Assembly: GCF_044704955.1 (NCBI RefSeq) | Contig: NC_091984.1 | Span: forward strand, 177,940,001-178,004,000 | Source: Pristiophorus japonicus | Lineage: Eukaryota | DNA length: 64,000 nucleotides | Direction: 5' to 3' | Shown: in pieces, positions 1 to 11,820 of the stretch | Numbering within the stretch: position 1 is the first letter of the stretch | Layout of the letters: every line of letters begins with the position of its first letter | The notes under the pieces: generated by a model | Told to the model about the DNA's origin: nothing | Database searches by the model: none | What the model saw: only the letters and a program-made list of their open reading frames with translations | Position numbers and translations under genes: made by a program

Positions 1-2555
1 CAGCGGGGAGCTTGTTGACTGTGAGGTGGAGCATGGCAGTGAGGAAGATTGAAAAGAGGGTTAGAGCGATGATGCAGCCCTGTTTGACCCCGGTCCGGGC
101 GTGGATTGGGTCTGTAATGGATCCGTTTGTAAGGATTACAGCCTGCATGTCTTCGTGGAGCAGGCGAAGGATTTTGAAAAACTTTTGGGGGCATCTGAAA
201 TGGAGGTGGACAATACATAGACCCTCGTCGTTGACAGTGTCAAAGGCCTTTGTAAGGTCGAAAAAGGCCATGTATAACGGCTGGCGCTGCTCCATGCATT
301 TTTCTTGTAGCTGTTGCGCTGCAAAGATCATGTTCGTTGTGTCGAGTAGGGGACAAAATATGCACTGTGACTCCGGAGGAGTGCCTGGGCCATAGAGAGA
401 AGAATGCTGAGGAGAACTCTGGCGACTCTTTCCCAGTGGCTGATAGCAGGGAGATTCTCCTGTAATTGCCGCAAGTCGGACTTGTCCCCTTTTTAAAAGA
501 TGGTCACGATCACTGCATCTCTGAGATCTCCCTGTATGCTCTACTCCCTCCAGATGAGAGAGATGAAGTCATGTATCTGCGCCAACAGCGCCTATCCACC
601 ATACTTTAGCACCTTAGCAGGGATTCCATTGGCTCCCGTAGTCTTGTTGTTCTTGAGCTGTTTTATGGCTTTTCCTACCTCGTGCAGCGTTGGAGTTTCA
701 CTGAGGTGGTGGTGGGTCACATGCTGTGGGATGGAGTCGCAAACACTCGAGTGAAGTGCAGAGTCTCGATTGAAGAGATCTTCGAAATCCTCCTTCGAGT
801 GGGCCCTTAGAGCCTCTGTGTCCTTGATGAGTGTTGCCCCATTCTTGGCCAGCAGTAGGGTGGGGCCTTTGGAGTTTGGACCGTAGGTGGACTTCACTGC
901 GATGAAGAATCCTCGCATATCATGGCTGTCAGCCAGTTGTTGTATCTCCTGTGCTTTCTCCAGCCACCACCCGTTCTTTAGGTCCTGGGTTTTTTGTTGG
1001 ACCTCAGCCTTGAGCTGCCTGTAATGTTGCTTTGCAGCTCCCGAGTTGGGTTGTTGCTCGAGGCTCAGAAATACTCTGCATTTGCGATCTATTAGTCCTT
1101 GGATCTCCTGATCATTCTCATCAAACCAGTCCTGGTGTTTTCTGGTTGAGTCAACAAGTGTCTCCTCACAGGCACTGGTTACAGAGGCCTGGAGGGCAGA
1201 CAAAGCACTCTGGGCATTCAATACCTCATGGTCATCAAAGCACGCCAGATTAGCTGTGAGGCGTTGGCTGTATATGGCTCTCTTAGCTGGGTCCAGAAGT
1301 GCCCCGGCATTGATTTTTTTGCTGCACTGCTTCTGATGTCCCTCTGCTTTGGGGCTATGTTAATGTCGATGATGGATCGGATTAGACGGTGGTCCATCCA
1401 GCAGTCATCAGCTCCTGTCATGGCATCGGTGATTCGCACATCCTTGTGATCCATGGCTCGGACGATGACATAGTCGAGCAGGTGCCAGTGTTTGGAGCGA
1501 GGGTGTTGCCAAAATGCCTTGTATTTGTCCCTCTGGTGGAACAGGGTGTTGGTGATGAAATTTTCAGGTTCTAGACATTTTATCAGGAGTAGGGTACCGC
1601 TGGAGTTGGTTTTCCCTACCTCCTCTGCCAATCACGCCTGCCGAGAAGGCTGTGTCTTTGCTGACCCTGGCTTTGAAGTCACCTAGGAGGATCAATTTGT
1701 CGCCTGCGGGGATGCAGGACAGGGATGTTTCAAGGTTGGAATAAAACCCCTCCGTTGCATCAAGTGTTGAGGCATACACACTGATGATTGTGGCACATTG
1801 GTTCTGGGATAGGGTGCGTCCAAGAGTCATGAGGCATTCGTTAACCCCGCAGCGGGAGTCATTGAGGTGGTCGACCAGCTCGTTTTTGATGGCGAAGCCG
1901 ACTCCGTGAAGGCGGCATTCCTCCTCTGGTTTTTCTTTCCAGAAAAAGGTGTAATCTCTACCTTGTTCCTTGAGCTGGCCTTCCCCTGCCTGCCGGGCCT
2001 CGCTAAGGGTGGCAATGTCGATGTCAAAGCATTTAAGTTCCCAGGCAACTATGGCGGTGTGGCATTCTGGCCTGTTGCTGTTGGAGTTGTCCATGAAGGG
2101 TCTGAAGTTCCAGGTCCCGAAATTAAGGTTAATGAAGTGGAAGGTGCCTGTGCATGAGATCTTTTAACATGGTTGCACACTGGCAACCACACGGGCTTAG
2201 CTGAGCATGGTCTTGGTCCAGCGGCAAGGGGGTCCAAGACGACTGGAGACCAGGCACTGCTGTATGAGCCTAATTGCCTACAGCGAGATGTTGGCCGCAA
2301 GCTCGGTGCCGAGGAGCCCCCTTGATGGTAGGTGGCCCGAGGCTTGGTTGGGGCCAGGCATTAGGAAGGTTAATTGTCTGCTGGAGTTCCGAGTGCGAGG
2401 TCAGCAAGGAATGGGAGGGTGGAAGATTCATAGCCATGCTGCTCACCTGTAGAAGAGGCCAGGTCACGAGTGGGGAAGGAGAAGTCCAGTAGTCAGCGAG
2501 GAGACAGATGTAGGCCCGCTGCTGGAGGGACGAGAGCCCGCCATGGAGGGATGTT
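1..2555 (-). mobile_element. RTE-clade (BovB-like) LINE, 5' part: 5'UTR, APE endonuclease and start of RT, frameshifted; runs off window start
   Basis: Minus-strand ORFs 1564-2094 (DNSNSNRPE..DIDIATLSE..GVGFAI..LILLGDF), 1218-1631 (WQHPRSKHWHLLDYVIV), 592-1221 (LKNNKTTGANGIP) and RT motifs near 1-330 (FDTVN, TGVKQGC on - strand). Confidence 0.85.
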
Positions 2556-2722
2556 TTTAAAGTTTCTTCCAAAGTTTAAAAAAAGTTTTCCAAAGTTATT
2601 TAAGATTTCTCCAGAGGTTTAAAAAAAATTCTCCAAGTTGTTTAAAAGTTTAAAAGTTTTCCCAAATTGTTTAAAAAGTTTCTCAAGTTGATTAAAAGTT
2701 TAAAAGTTCATTAAAAGTTTAG
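2556..2722. repeat. AT-rich degenerate tandem repeat (AAAGTTT/TCCAAGTT units)
   Basis: Repeated aaagtttctccaag/tttaaaagtt motifs seen directly. Confidence 0.7.
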
Positions 2723-3189
2723 AGTGTAAGTCAGTAGTAGGTTACTCCCTTGGCACTGCTCCATGAGTGCTGCCAACCCTCTGCAGCAGCACAAATCCCT
2801 GGCCAGACCACACCCGGAGCACGGCGGGGAAGTAGAGGCCCAGTCATCCCTGAAGGGGGCCGAACACCCAAACGCCGCCGAGGAGAGGTCTGGACGCCAC
2901 CGGGGAGAGGCCTGGATGCCTGGACGCCGCCGGGGGCCCGAACGCAAGCTGGGTGTGTTGAGCAGTAGTTTTGTGTAGTTTCCTGTATTGTCCTGTATTG
3001 TTCCCAAGCTGATGTTTGTGGTGGGTGTCACTGGCGGGGCTGCCGTCCCTGTCTCTGGACTTCGGTCTCAGTTGCCAAGTGACTGCATGGCACGTGCTGG
3101 AGGAGAGGACGCCAGGTCATCAGTGGGGAAGGAGAGGTCCAGATGGCAGGGGAGAGGGGAGTGGGGGAGGCGGTTGATGCCCGATAGCC

Positions 3190-3500
3190 AGGCCCAGTTG
3201 CCCAGTCGACACAGGAGGTTCAGCCCGGAGGCCCAGGTCATCGAGTCGCCGCACGAGGTCCAGCCGAGAGGCCCAGGTCACACCGAGTCGCCGCAGGAGG
3301 CCCAACCGGGATGCCCAGATCGTGCCGAGTCACCACAGGAGGTCCAGCCGGCAGGCCCAGGTCACGCCCAGTCGCCACAGAAGGTACAGCTGGCAGGCAC
3401 AGGTTGCGCTGAATCACAGCAGGAGGCCCAGCCGGGAAGCCCAGGTCGCGCCGAGTCGCCCATTCTCCGCAGGACATCCAGGCGGCAGGCACAGGTCTCA
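3190..3500. repeat. GC-rich 39-bp minisatellite, ~8 degenerate copies
   Basis: Unit approx. GCCCAGGTCACGCCGAGTCGCCGCAGGAGGTCCAGCCGG; translates as 13-aa repeats (PGHAESPQEVQPA) in ORF 2988-3635. Confidence 0.85.
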
Positions 3501-3832
3501 TCCACAACTCTACAAGGTCTTCAGTGCGCGAAAATCGAGGAGCAAGGAGGACGCCAGCTATCTACCCGCAATGCCCCGAGCACACTGTGTCTCTCTATCA
3601 CTGTATCCAGGCAGCTCGGCCGACTCCCATTATAAAGCTGTGGGCTGCAGTGCGCCCTCCCACCACGCTATATAAATGCAAATCTTTCTTTTTACGACTA
3701 AACGATGCAGAACTTACTATGCTCAGACTAATTCTACTCTTCTCATACAATGTCATCATCACATTCAAACCAGTCTATAACACTGTAAAATTATTAGTCC
3801 ATTCTAATGCATAAGTAGCAATGCAAAATAAT

Positions 3833-4568
3833 GGCCCTGATTTTGCGAGGCCGATGATGGCGTAGAGTGTGTGTACAGTGTTATAAGCCTTCGAAAAGGC
3901 CGCACAAATTTTGGGTTCCACATACATTGCACATGCGCGCAAACTCAGAACTTGCGATCTGTCCACGTCCGCCTTGACAGATGATACGAACCGACCCAAA
4001 AATCCCTTTCCTTGATTCAGAGTTAGGCTATTTTTCTTCCTACTGCCCAGCAAATGCCCAAGCTAGCCATACACCTAGCCTTCTTTCGCCAACATAAGGT
4101 TTGATAGAAATGTTAAATTAAAAATGTAAACAGTTTTAAAAATCATTCACAACCATTTAAAATTAGTTCATGTAACTTTTGGCCCGGATTAAAATGTTTA
4201 ATTGTTCGATCAAAAATATATGTTTTATTGTATATGCTTTAGTAAAGGGACTTTCAATTAAATTTGAAAAAAGAAACATTCATTATTATTCTAGTTGTGT
4301 AAATTATTTCATTATTTGGAGATTCTTCATGGAATCCCCATAAGAATGATGATGATCCTCCTTTCTGATATGAGGACCTGGCCCATATGATCCCTGGGAC
4401 GCTTCCGAACCAGCTGCATCCCTTGGATCCATGGGCCTTTACGCAGGCATACATCTGCAGGGCCGGGATGCGAAGCATCCGAAGCCCGGGAATCGACAGG
4501 TAGGTTTGGAATTCTTTCAGGTCGGAGGTGTACTCCGGAAGTACACCCCCGACTACAAATTGCGGCAT
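3833..4568 (+). mobile_element. Non-autonomous Harbinger-like DNA element (family also at 52911-53641, reverse copy 27760-28509, fragment ~50410-50575)
   Basis: GGCCCTGATTTTGC...CAAATT(G/C)CGGC(C) imperfect terminal inverted repeats; internal similarity between copies. Confidence 0.55.
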
Positions 4569-5099
4569 TCTGTAACAATAACGGTAATGTCTGTGACAGA
4601 TACTCAGATCTGGATTGTCATTTTCGCTTTCTACAATCTTGGGTTTAGTTCTTGCTTGTTGTAGAAAATGCGTGTTCCATTTTAAGTATTGCCTTTCGCT
4701 ATTATCACTGGGTGGTATTAATGATTAAACATAATATTAAATATTGCCAAGAGAAAATGCCCATGACAAACAAGAAATCTGAACAATTTAAATTATTCTT
4801 GGATCTCTTATGGTTTTTTTGATATTTAATCAGAGGAAATTGCATATCTTTCACATATTTTCGTTCTAACAAGCTGATCATCTCAGTTTTGCACCTGCCA
4901 GCTCCTGAGCCTATACTTCACAAAATAAAATCAAAACATAGAATAAAAATAGGTACAGAATATCTGACCAGTAAATTACATCTTCGTTGCCTCGTCCAAT
5001 TACTCTCACCGGCTAATCTCACTTAAGTTGCAGTCTACCAGCAGGAATTTAATTGCGATTCTCCCGATTCAAGGCCATAACCTGACAGAAAATTCAGGG

Positions 5100-5490
5100 A
5101 AACACCATCAGTGCAGTTTTGTATATTTACCGCTGAAGTTATGGTGGCAAATCAGGAGAAACCCTAAGAAAATTCACCTTTCTATATTTGGTCTTGATTT
5201 CTATGTAAAATACTGCAGAAGTTTGAATACCAATGTAACCAAAATCTTATATCTGTATGCACTTGTGGCCTACACGACCTTTCTTACTGTTACCATAATT
5301 TAATCACACATTTGTGTCAACGTATTCCCATTATAAATCCTAGGTCCGCATCTGTAATGGAAAGTGTCTATGTAAAGTTGTAACTTTATAATTGCAGCCG
5401 CAGGCAGTAGTGGCACTGTAGAGTCTCCGTTTTGCACCACTCAGCCACTCGGCCTGCAGTGTAGGGAACTTCCTACGCACAGACCAAATC
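5100..5490 (+). repeat. ~380-bp upstream module, repeated at ~52450-52810 and ~54170-54565
   Basis: Shared cgctgaagt..tcaggagaa..gaaattc..tttggtcttga..gaataccaatgta..ccattataaatcc..cagccgc..ccactcagc blocks. Confidence 0.8.
5464..5473 (+). promoter_or_regulatory. Candidate NF-kB site GGGAACTTCC (overlapping Ets/PU.1 AGGAAGT on - strand)
   Basis: Matches GGGRNNYYCC; identical at 54538-54547 in the paralog; function is inference. Confidence 0.4.
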
Positions 5491-5781
5491 TACCTACGTG
5501 ATTCTCAATTTGGTGGAAATGTGGAAATGTTTTTATTTATTTATAACTAATAATATAAAATCAACATATATGAAAATAAGGGCAGCCTGCATGACATAAA
5601 CACTACGCTGGAATACGTCTGCATGCATTAATTCAAATACCCACTTCTAAACATGAGGGCAAATCTTGACTAAAATAAACACAGGAACAGCTAGAAACAC
5701 TGAGTAGGTCCCGCAGCATCGGTGGAGAGAGAAACAGAGTGACCGTTTAAATTTGATGATTTTCCATCAGAACTGCTGAGC

Positions 5782-5862
5782 CTAGATCTTGACTTTATGC
5801 GATCATATAAAATATAAAATATATCGCCCGCTTATACTATCGCACAAAGTCAAGAACTACTC
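5782..5862. mobile_element. Small internally deleted MITE (palindromic); paralog ~54848-54928
   Basis: TAGATCTTGACTTTATGCGAT ... ATCGCACAAAGTCAAGAACTA inverted repeats. Confidence 0.65.
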
Positions 5863-6785
5863 CTATGTTTAACTAGGACTACGCCGGGTCTTTGCTGCCC
5901 ATGCGCATCCCCGCGTGAGATTGACAAGTACTGCATATTATATATACATAAATTATATGAAGTATAAACATATAAAATGTCAATAACCTAATAAGAGATG
6001 CGCATCATATAATACCATTTAAGATATGCGGAATTTAAAATATCAGACACCAGACACGGTTACAATGTTCCGACACACTCTGGGTAATTGTGACTTTAGA
6101 CAGCAGTGTAAAACGCGCTATATCAGCTTGGTCGCTGTTAGATTCCATTGAAGTCAAATACAATAGTTTCATTATTCCAAGTTCATCTGCTGTTAGCGTC
6201 CTTATGACAAAATTGTGTTGCGCTTTTCAACAGCACAGAAATACCAGACACGGCTGACAAAGCTACATGCTCAGAAATAATTTATATAGAATTGTTTCAT
6301 CCGCCTGGTGCTGTTAATCAGAGAGCTGCAATGCTCCATCCACAACAATAACCCGTGTAATTTGTGAATTTTCGGATTCAAAACAAAAATATAAATCAAG
6401 TGATAATGGGACAAATCATGTACAAAACTGTCTGCCGCGAGGTCACTTTCTCGCACCCAAAGTTTACGTGCACGTTTTAGCTGCAATATTGCTCTTCATT
6501 GATCCTCTGCAATAAAATGGTCACCAATAATATAATTTAAACATGGAAATGTTTGTTATCAGCTCTGTTAGGCTGCACAGAAAATATACAATATAAATCA
6601 AAAAGGCTATTGATTGTGTTAAAATAGATATCAAAAACTTACGGGTTTATTAATTTAGTTTTCTCTGTTCGTTTAAGAATAAATCTACGATAAAATTATG
6701 TTTAATTATTCAGAAACACAAAACGTGACTATCGTTCCTTATCCTAAGGTACTTTGAGATTAATGTGACATATAGTAAGCTTCGG

Positions 6786-6882
6786 ATTGGCGTCAAGGTG
6801 CAGACAGATTTGCATAAATACGGAGCACCCCGCAAAACCTCTTCACATGGTTGATAAGTGGAGTTGGCGAGGAAGTTTATAA
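6786..6882 (+). promoter_or_regulatory. Ig light-chain V promoter: CCAAT/CRE-like, octamer ATTTGCAT (6808-6815), E-box, GATA, PU.1 box, TATA-like
   Basis: ATTGGCGTCA 6786-6795; ATTTGCAT in light-chain orientation ~125 bp upstream of ATG; CACATG 6844; TGATAA 6852; GAGGAAGT 6869; TTTATAA ~6876. Confidence 0.85.
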
Positions 6883-6935
6883 TCCATTTCAACTGGAAAC
6901 TGCCGCCGTGTCTAATGTCCATTCAATTCTTTAGA

Positions 6936-6984
6936 ATGTCTTACTGGATCCGTATCGTCAGTGCGTTGGTGTTTTCCGTCGTTT
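6936..6984 (+). CDS. IGL: Ig light chain leader exon (MSYWIRIVSALVFSVV, phase 1)
   Basis: ATG 6936, hydrophobic signal peptide, GTGAGT donor at 6985; 135-bp intron ending tttcAG at 7119. Confidence 0.93.
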
Positions 6985-7119
6985 GTGAGTATTTTGCTTT
7001 CACTGCCTGATTTAATTTCACCTTGAAGATTATGCACTGCGGAACTTCTCACCTCATTTTCATTACAAAATTATTGTTCTCACTGACCTGCCTCTTCTGA
7101 CTTTGATCCTTAATTTCAG

Positions 7120-7452
7120 ATTTAAACGCGCAAGTTACGGTAAACCAACCACTTTCGCTGTCAACTTCTCCGGGAAAGGACGTACAAATAAGTTGTACGA
7201 TGTCTGGAGGCACTGCAGGCAATGTCTTCTGGTACCAACAGGTTCCTGGGAAAACTCCCCGGCTTCTTGTCTTCTATTGGTCCAACGTTTACAGAGGCCC
7301 GGGAATTTCAGAACGGTTCTCCGGCTCCGCATCAGGCAACACGGGAACGTTTACAATTACCAAGGTACAATCAGAGGACGCTGCGGACTATTACTGTGCC
7401 ATGTGGTCTAGCGTTTTAATCTTCGGTAAAGGAACGAGACTGAGTGTTAGCA
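7120..7452 (+). CDS. IGL: Germline-joined V-J exon of a lambda (type II)-like Ig light chain
   Basis: (Y)LNA-QVTVNQPLSLSTSPGKDVQISCTMSGGTAGNVFWYQQVPGKTPRLLVFYWSNVYRGPGISERFSGSASGNTGTFTITKVQSEDAADYYCAMWSSVLIFGKGTRLSVS; both Cys, WYQQ, DxAxYYC, FGxG; GTAAGT donor 7453; open frame; no RSS. Confidence 0.96.
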
Positions 7453-8674
7453 GTAAGTAAAATCCCTTCATTTGTAAAGTTCCGCGTTTTGTTTACCTTA
7501 GAGCAAAACAATTAGTTGAGTACAGTTTTATTTGGCTCAGTTCAAGTGCTTTTAAAAGTGACATTTTCAAAATAACGTGGTTTTTTTTTACCGAGTCTGG
7601 ATTGGCAACTCAGTTGGAAGAAAAACTAACTAAATGGGCGAATGACCGTCCAATTTCAGAAGGTTTCACCTGTTATTACTACAGATTGCATCCCCACTCG
7701 GGTGCTGAAATAACTTACCTCAAACCAGAATAAGAATTGGACTCCATATCGCTGAGTTAGGCAATTGGAAAGATCAATTAAGTATCTCGCTATTGATCGC
7801 TTCCCAATGTTTATGTTGAAGTGCAGGAGAGCGATTGGCGCCCCAGCAACCACAGTCCAGAAGAGGTCCGCGCTTTTAGGAGAAGAATGCAAATTGGAAG
7901 AAATAAATTCTACAATGTATCATAAATTCTGGCTCCAATGAAGTACCATGTTATATACCTAACCGCAATTCGACTTGGACTAATTAATGCGGTCCCGAAC
8001 TGCTTTAGTGTTGATTTGATAGGCTTGGTATGAATCATAATAATAAGACTGAAATTCCTATAATAATTAATGAGAATGGACTTCATATTCCTGCAACGGT
8101 ATATGTTTTCAACAGCGACATTAGCCAGGTTTAGCAATCAGGAGTGAGATATGCTTTCGCAATGTATTAGCTACATCATAACGCATTCATTTCGTGTGCT
8201 CTTACATTCTCCCTAAAATGGCCAGCAAAATAAAGCTTTCTGCAAAGTTTACGACGCGACAATACATGGAGATTAGAGACAATGCCTTTCTACTAATTAA
8301 AATTATTGTGGCTGTCTTGACCCTATAATTCAGTAAATTAATGGAATGGGGGAAATTATTCTAGCCCCTGTTTTAACGATATCATGCGAAATAGTGAACG
8401 ATTTCTAAAGAAATTATAACATCCAGAGGAACTGAATGAATGAACGAACTGACGCATTTAGGTTGCGGCTATCTCAGATCGATCATTTCCCGGGCTGAAA
8501 TAACACACGCGATATCCTGATAGGACCGACTTGCATTTTCATGTTTGTTTTGTTTGATAGTTAAAATAAAGAGAGTAATCACGTTAATTTAAACAGTTTA
8601 ATGCCTTTGTTAAAATGCGGAAGAATTTCACATCATTGTGACAGCTCGTTGACTCAGAGACAAATTTTAACCTG

Positions 8675-8962
8675 AAACATAGAAACATAGAAAATAGGTG
8701 CAGGAGTAGGCCATTCGGCCCTTCGAGCCTTCAGCACTATTCAATAAGATCATGGCTGATCATTCACCTCAGTACCCCTTTCCAGCTTTCTCTCCACACT
8801 CCTTGATCCCTTTAGCAGTCAGGGCCATATCTAACTCCCTCTTGAATATATCTAACGAACTGGCATCCACACTCTCTGCGGTAGAGAATGCCACGGATTA
8901 ACAACTCTCTGAGTGACGAAGTTTCTCCTCATCTCGGTCCTAAATGGCTTACACCTTATCCT
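8675..8962 (-). mobile_element. CR1-clade LINE 3' end in J-C intron
   Basis: (ACATAGAA)n tail and conserved 3'UTR aataagatcatggctgat; absent from the paralogous intron. Confidence 0.8.
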
Positions 8963-9154
8963 ATGTTTTTATGGTTCCTGATCACTATTTGGGGATCTGT
9001 AGTTTACCCGAACAGTGTGACCGATATCTTCCTTTCGTTCATCTCAATCCGTACTGATTAATGTCAATTTTGTAATTTGTTTGTAATTTGTTTTATCATG
9101 ATGCTTATGAGGTACCATGCGAGATAATAACTCGTGCTCACACTCTCAGTGCAA

Positions 9155-11075
9155 GAACATAAGAACATAAGAATTAGGAACAGGAGTAGGCCATCTAGCC
9201 CCTCGAGCCTGCTCCGTCACTCAAAAAGATCATGGCTGATCTGGCCGTGGAATCAGCTCCACTTACCCTCCCGCTCCCCATAACCCTTAATTCCCTTATT
9301 GGTTAAAAATCTATCTATCTGTGATTTGAATACATTCAATGAGTTAGACTCAACTGCTTGCCTCGGCAGAGAATTCCACAGCTGGGAGAAGAAATTCCTT
9401 CTCAACTCGGCTTTAAATTGGCTCCCCCGTGTTTTGAGGCTGTGCCCCCTCGTTCTAGTCTCCCCGACCAGTGGAAACAACCTCTCTGCCTTTATCTTGT
9501 CGATCCCTTCATTATTTTAAATGCTTTTATAAGATCACCCCTCATCCTTCTGAACTCCAACGAGTAAAGACCCAGTCTACTCAATCTATCATCATAAGGT
9601 AACCCCCCATCTCCGGAATCAGCCTAGTGAATCGTCTCTGTACCCCCTCCAAAACTAGTATATCCTTCCTCAAGTAAGGTGACCAAAGCTGCACGCAGTA
9701 CTCCAGGTGCAGCCTCACCAATACCCTGCACAGTTGCAGCAGGACCTCCCTGCTTTTGTACTCCATCCCTCTCACAATGAAGGCCAATACTCCATTCGCC
9801 TTCCTGATTACCTGCTGCACCTGCAAACTAACTTTTTGAGATTCATGCACAATGTCCCCAGGTCCCTCTGCACCGCAGCATGTTGTAATTTCTCCCCATT
9901 CAAATAATATTCCCTTTTACTGTGTTTTTTTTCCAAGGTGGATGACCTCACATTTTCCGACATTGTATTCCATCTGCCAAAACTTAGCCCATTTGCTTAA
10001 CCTATCTAAATCTCTTTGTAGCCTCTCTGTGTCCTCTGCACAACCCGCTTTCCCACTAATCTTTGTGTCATCTGCAAATTTTGTTACACTACACTCTGTC
10101 CCCTCTTCCAGGTCATCTATGTATATTGTAAACAGTTGTGGTCCCAGCACTGATCCCTGTGGCACACATTAACCACCGATTTCCAACCCGAAAAGGACCC
10201 ATTTATCCCGACTCTCTGCTTTCTGTTAGCCTGCCAATTCTCTATCCATGTTAATACATTTCCTCTGACTCTGCGTACCTTTATCTTCTGCAGTAACCTT
10301 TTGTGTGGCACCTTATCGAATGCCTTTTAGAAATCTAAATACACCACATCCATCGGTACACCTCTATCCACCATGCTCGTTATATCCTCAAAAAATTCTA
10401 GTAAATTAGTTAAACATGATTTCCCCTTCTTGAATCCATGTTGTGTCTGCTTGATTGCACTATTCCTATCGAGATGTCCCGCTATTTCTTCCTTAATGAT
10501 AGCTTCAAGCATTTTCCCCGCTACAGATGTTAAACTAACCGGCCTATAGTTACCTGCCTTTTGTCTATCCCCTTTTTTAAACAGAGGCATTACATTAGCT
10601 GCTTTGCAATCCGCTGGTACCTCCCCAGAATCTAGAGAATTTTGGTAGATTATAACGAATGCATCTGCTATAACTTCCGCCATCTCTTTTAATACCCTGG
10701 GATGCATTTCATCAGGACCAGGGGACTTGTCTACCTTGAGATCCATTAGCCTGTCCAGCACTACCTCCCTCGTGATAGTGATTGTCTCAAGGTCCTCCCT
10801 TCCCACATTCCCGTGACCAGCAATTATTGGCATGGTTTTTGTGTCTTCCACTGTGAAGATTGAAGCAAAATAATTGTTTAAGGTCTCAGCCATTTCCACA
10901 TTTCCCATTATTAAATCACCCTTCTCATCTTCTCAGGGACCTACATTTACTTTACTCACTTTTTTCCGTTTTTTATATCGGTAAAAGCTTTTACTATCTG
11001 TTTTTATGTTTTGCACAAGTTTACTTTCGTAATCTATCTTTCCTTTCTTTATTGCTTTCTTAGTCATTCTTTGCT
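9155..11075 (-). mobile_element. 5'-truncated CR1-clade LINE (RT half) in J-C intron
   Basis: ORFs 10327-10908 (KSPGPD..NYRPVSLTS..QHGF..YLDF), 9917-10165 (PQGSVLGP, FADD), 9581-9850; ACATAAGA tail. Confidence 0.92.
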
Positions 11076-11632
11076 GTAAGGAATGTGGATAACCTGTAGT
11101 GAAACAAGTTGTGCAATGATTCACGGGATCAACGCAACAACAACATGTAAAGATTTATAATAAAGACCTATAAGTGCGTGTTTAATATGAGTTCAGCACG
11201 AATCCGTATTAAAACAGTTGTAAATCTGCTTGAAGTATTACAACAGAATGCCTGGATTTTGCTGTCCAAATAACGAAATGACCAAGATTCGCAGTTCGGC
11301 TGCAGAAATCTGAGCTGAGTTAGTTATTACAATGCACAAATTAGTATTTCGGAAAAGCGGATAACGGTAAACTTTACAAGTCTCATAAAAAAAGTGTTTA
11401 CACTGCAAGTTCACTGTTGGCGCCATGCGATTGCTGCCTGTCAGTGACTAAGGCGGCTAGATTTTAAAGCGCCAATATGTCTGATTCGTATTACGTTGCT
11501 ATTTGTCTGTGCACGAAAAGCATTGATGTCCCTATATGCATAAAATACATCAATGATATGTCGGTCTCTCCTCTTAATAACTTAACAGCTGAACCATGCG
11601 AACAGATCACAAAAAGATATAAGTCGGGTCAG

Positions 11633-11820
11633 GGGTAGATCTTGACACGACTGTGCGATAGTGCAAAACCGATGAGAGCGAATCGGCAGCACATTCTACA
11701 TCTCTCCTGATCTTTAGTTAAATTTAATTCAATGGAAATAAAAATGCAGAGTGATTTGAAACGGGCTGGCGATTCACTGCCATTTATTTTACGCTATCGC
11801 ACAAAGTCAAGATTTATCCC
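11633..11820. mobile_element. MITE upstream of C exon; paralog ~61589-61755
   Basis: GGGTAGATCTTGAC..TGTGCGATAG / CTATCGCACAAAGTCAAGATTTATCCC inverted termini; same TIR as 5782-5862. Confidence 0.7.

Noticed and set aside
3190-3500. CRISPR-like array
   Set aside because: Repeats are contiguous with no unique spacers, and the context is eukaryotic
2988-3635. 215-aa ORF with 13-aa repeats as a host gene
   Set aside because: Open frame explained by a GC-rich 39-bp minisatellite; non-ATG start; no domain recognised
7120-7452. Processed (retroposed) copy or T-cell receptor V
   Set aside because: Leader and J-C introns and octamer promoter are present; C ends with the light-chain Cys and has no TM exon
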